Origin: Marsupella aquatica | Lineage: Eukaryota; Plantae; Marchantiophyta | Direction: 5' to 3' | DNA: 64,000 bases | Assembly: GCA_973895155.1 (NCBI GenBank) | Contig: OZ316891.1 | Location: forward strand, 19,369,048 to 19,433,047 | Part shown: piece by piece, positions 62,418 through 64,000 of the stretch | How the letters are laid out: each line of letters begins with the position of its first letter | Position numbering within the stretch: position 1 is the stretch's first letter | The notes under the pieces: generated by a model | Database searches by the model: none | What the model was told of the DNA's origin: nothing | The model's input: the letters and a program-made list of their open reading frames with translations, nothing else | Position numbers and translations under genes: made by a program

Positions 62418-62786
62418 ATGGGAAAAACGTGTGAATGGCATCGTCTAGTGGTTCATTTAGTGTACACTCGAAGTCCTGCTTGTTTCGCCCAACGGGGCTG
62501 CACGGCCCTGCTTCCAGCCTACTCTAGGTACCCGAATTTTCCGCCAGGGGCGAGAGACGAATCAAGAGGAGTTATGCAGTGCCACCAACTACACGTTTCC
62601 ACGAGGAGATCGATCTGGAGTCAATTAATGCGGCAGTCCAGTACGGGAAATCCTTTGGTGGACCGGACACGCATCCCAATTTCGCTTGGCTCCCGTCTCC
62701 CCATTGGCCCATTCGTTCGTCAGTGTACCAGAGGTTTTCTTCTGATGCAATTAGATTTCTTTTTCGTTTCTTTCGGGGCCTTCGCG
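62418..62786 (+). CDS. Probable exon of an unidentified gene continuing beyond the window
   Basis: Strong donor GCG|gtaagt at 62786/62787. Two frames are open up to it: ATG 62418 (MGKTCEW...FFFVSFGAFA) or acceptor 62528 (VPEFSARGE...HPNFAWLPSPHWP...FFRGLR). No family recognised. Confidence 0.3.
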
Positions 62787-64000
62787 GTAAGTTCCATACT
62801 TCGCCTGTTATTAATCAACAGTGGAGGGATGCGAATTTCTAACGTGGAAGTGTGGCATTCGTGCAATAAAGTAATGTAGCGTGACGTTGTGGATCATTAT
62901 CAAAGCTATTTTCAACTCCTTCCAAACTTTCGGACATGGCAATCTTAAGTTTTCCTAGCTAACTAGTTTTATTAATTTTTGCCTTGGGGATCATGTTTCC
63001 CCTTTGAGGTTTTTTTCCCTTGGGTAGTGTGATATATATTTAGTTGACATCTATTGTGGCCATAACAGTTATTTTATATATTATATTATATTATATTTCA
63101 ACATAAAACACGTTTCAGGGTCATTTTGTCTCATGTGAAGTTTTTTACCGTGTTCTGTCTGGAATGTAATTTCCTGCCAGTTTCCAGACCTAGACTAAAT
63201 CTAGTCCTGCCAATTTCCAGCCCAGACTAATTGGAAGGATTAAATTTCCGGACCTAGACTAAATCTAGCCAAAATAAGCTCTCCTCATTAACATATAATT
63301 GTGCCCATTACTTTCCATGTAAGATTGGTAGACACCATACCTGAATGGGTCTTGAACCTTGTGAGGCCAGTGCAGCCATTTCATTTATCATATGGTTTAT
63401 ATTGTATGCCAAGCAAAGAAATAGGAGTAATGGGCCCAAACTTCTCCTAAGCCACCATCAGTCACAGTTCTAAGTTTCCCGCAAGAATGATTCCAAAGTT
63501 TTCTAATGAACTCAATGCCATAGCAATCAACAGTCAGATTTTAGTCCACCGTCTAAATGTAGAGTTACTAATTGCAATTGGTGGACAAGTGTAGTTACGT
63601 AATATAACAGTTTTTTTCATTTTAAATGCAAAAAAAATGAAGGTTTCCTTAAATGCATCTTGACATTCAAATAAAACACTAGTATATTATATAAGCGCAC
63701 ATGCATGTATCAGTTATGCAGAGGCTATACAATATGCTTTTTTTTACAAGAGCTTGCAATGTTTAAGTAGAGTACTTACATGCACTTCTCTAGTTCACAC
63801 GGCGCGCTGTACGAGGGTCTAGGTACGAGGACTCTAATTGTAGGTACCTAGAGCAAAGATCAAAGCAAACTGAGCTAAGCAGCTTCTTCAGAAAAGTCAA
63901 AAATTTCTAAGCAAAGTGTAAAAGTGAGTATTCTGTTTTTGCAAAAACGAATGACTAAAGAAAATACATAAGCGTAGATTCTAGTTTTGTAATAAAGTGA

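Overview
Intron-rich nuclear DNA of a land plant that has flagellated sperm (inferred from RSP3 and IFT74; most likely a bryophyte or pteridophyte). From left to right: (1) the 3' 13 exons of mitochondrial P5C dehydrogenase (ALDH12A1, +); (2) a full-length Ty1/copia LTR retrotransposon (-; 344-bp LTRs, tRNA-Met PBS, PPT) whose flanks lack a TSD and whose gag-pol frame has two in-frame TGAs; (3) an unrecognised multi-exon gene (-) encoding a single-pass membrane protein whose last exon resembles a beta-pore-forming (leukocidin/aerolysin-type) domain, the best novelty candidate; (4) a nested repeat island with a tRNA-derived SINE (16-bp TSD), a PIF/Harbinger-like element and a truncated LTR; (5) RPS21, followed by a U35/snR73-type box C/D snoRNA and a hairpin-rich tract; (6) an NFD4/nodulin-like MFS transporter (+); (7) RSP3 (-) head-to-head with IFT74 (+), whose 5' end and first splice donor are serially duplicated; (8) two solo LTRs related to the copia family, a copia integrase relic, and an orphan exon at the right edge. 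Exon coordinates were read by eye from GT-AG sites and reading phase. No database searches were run; homologies come from recalled family sequences.
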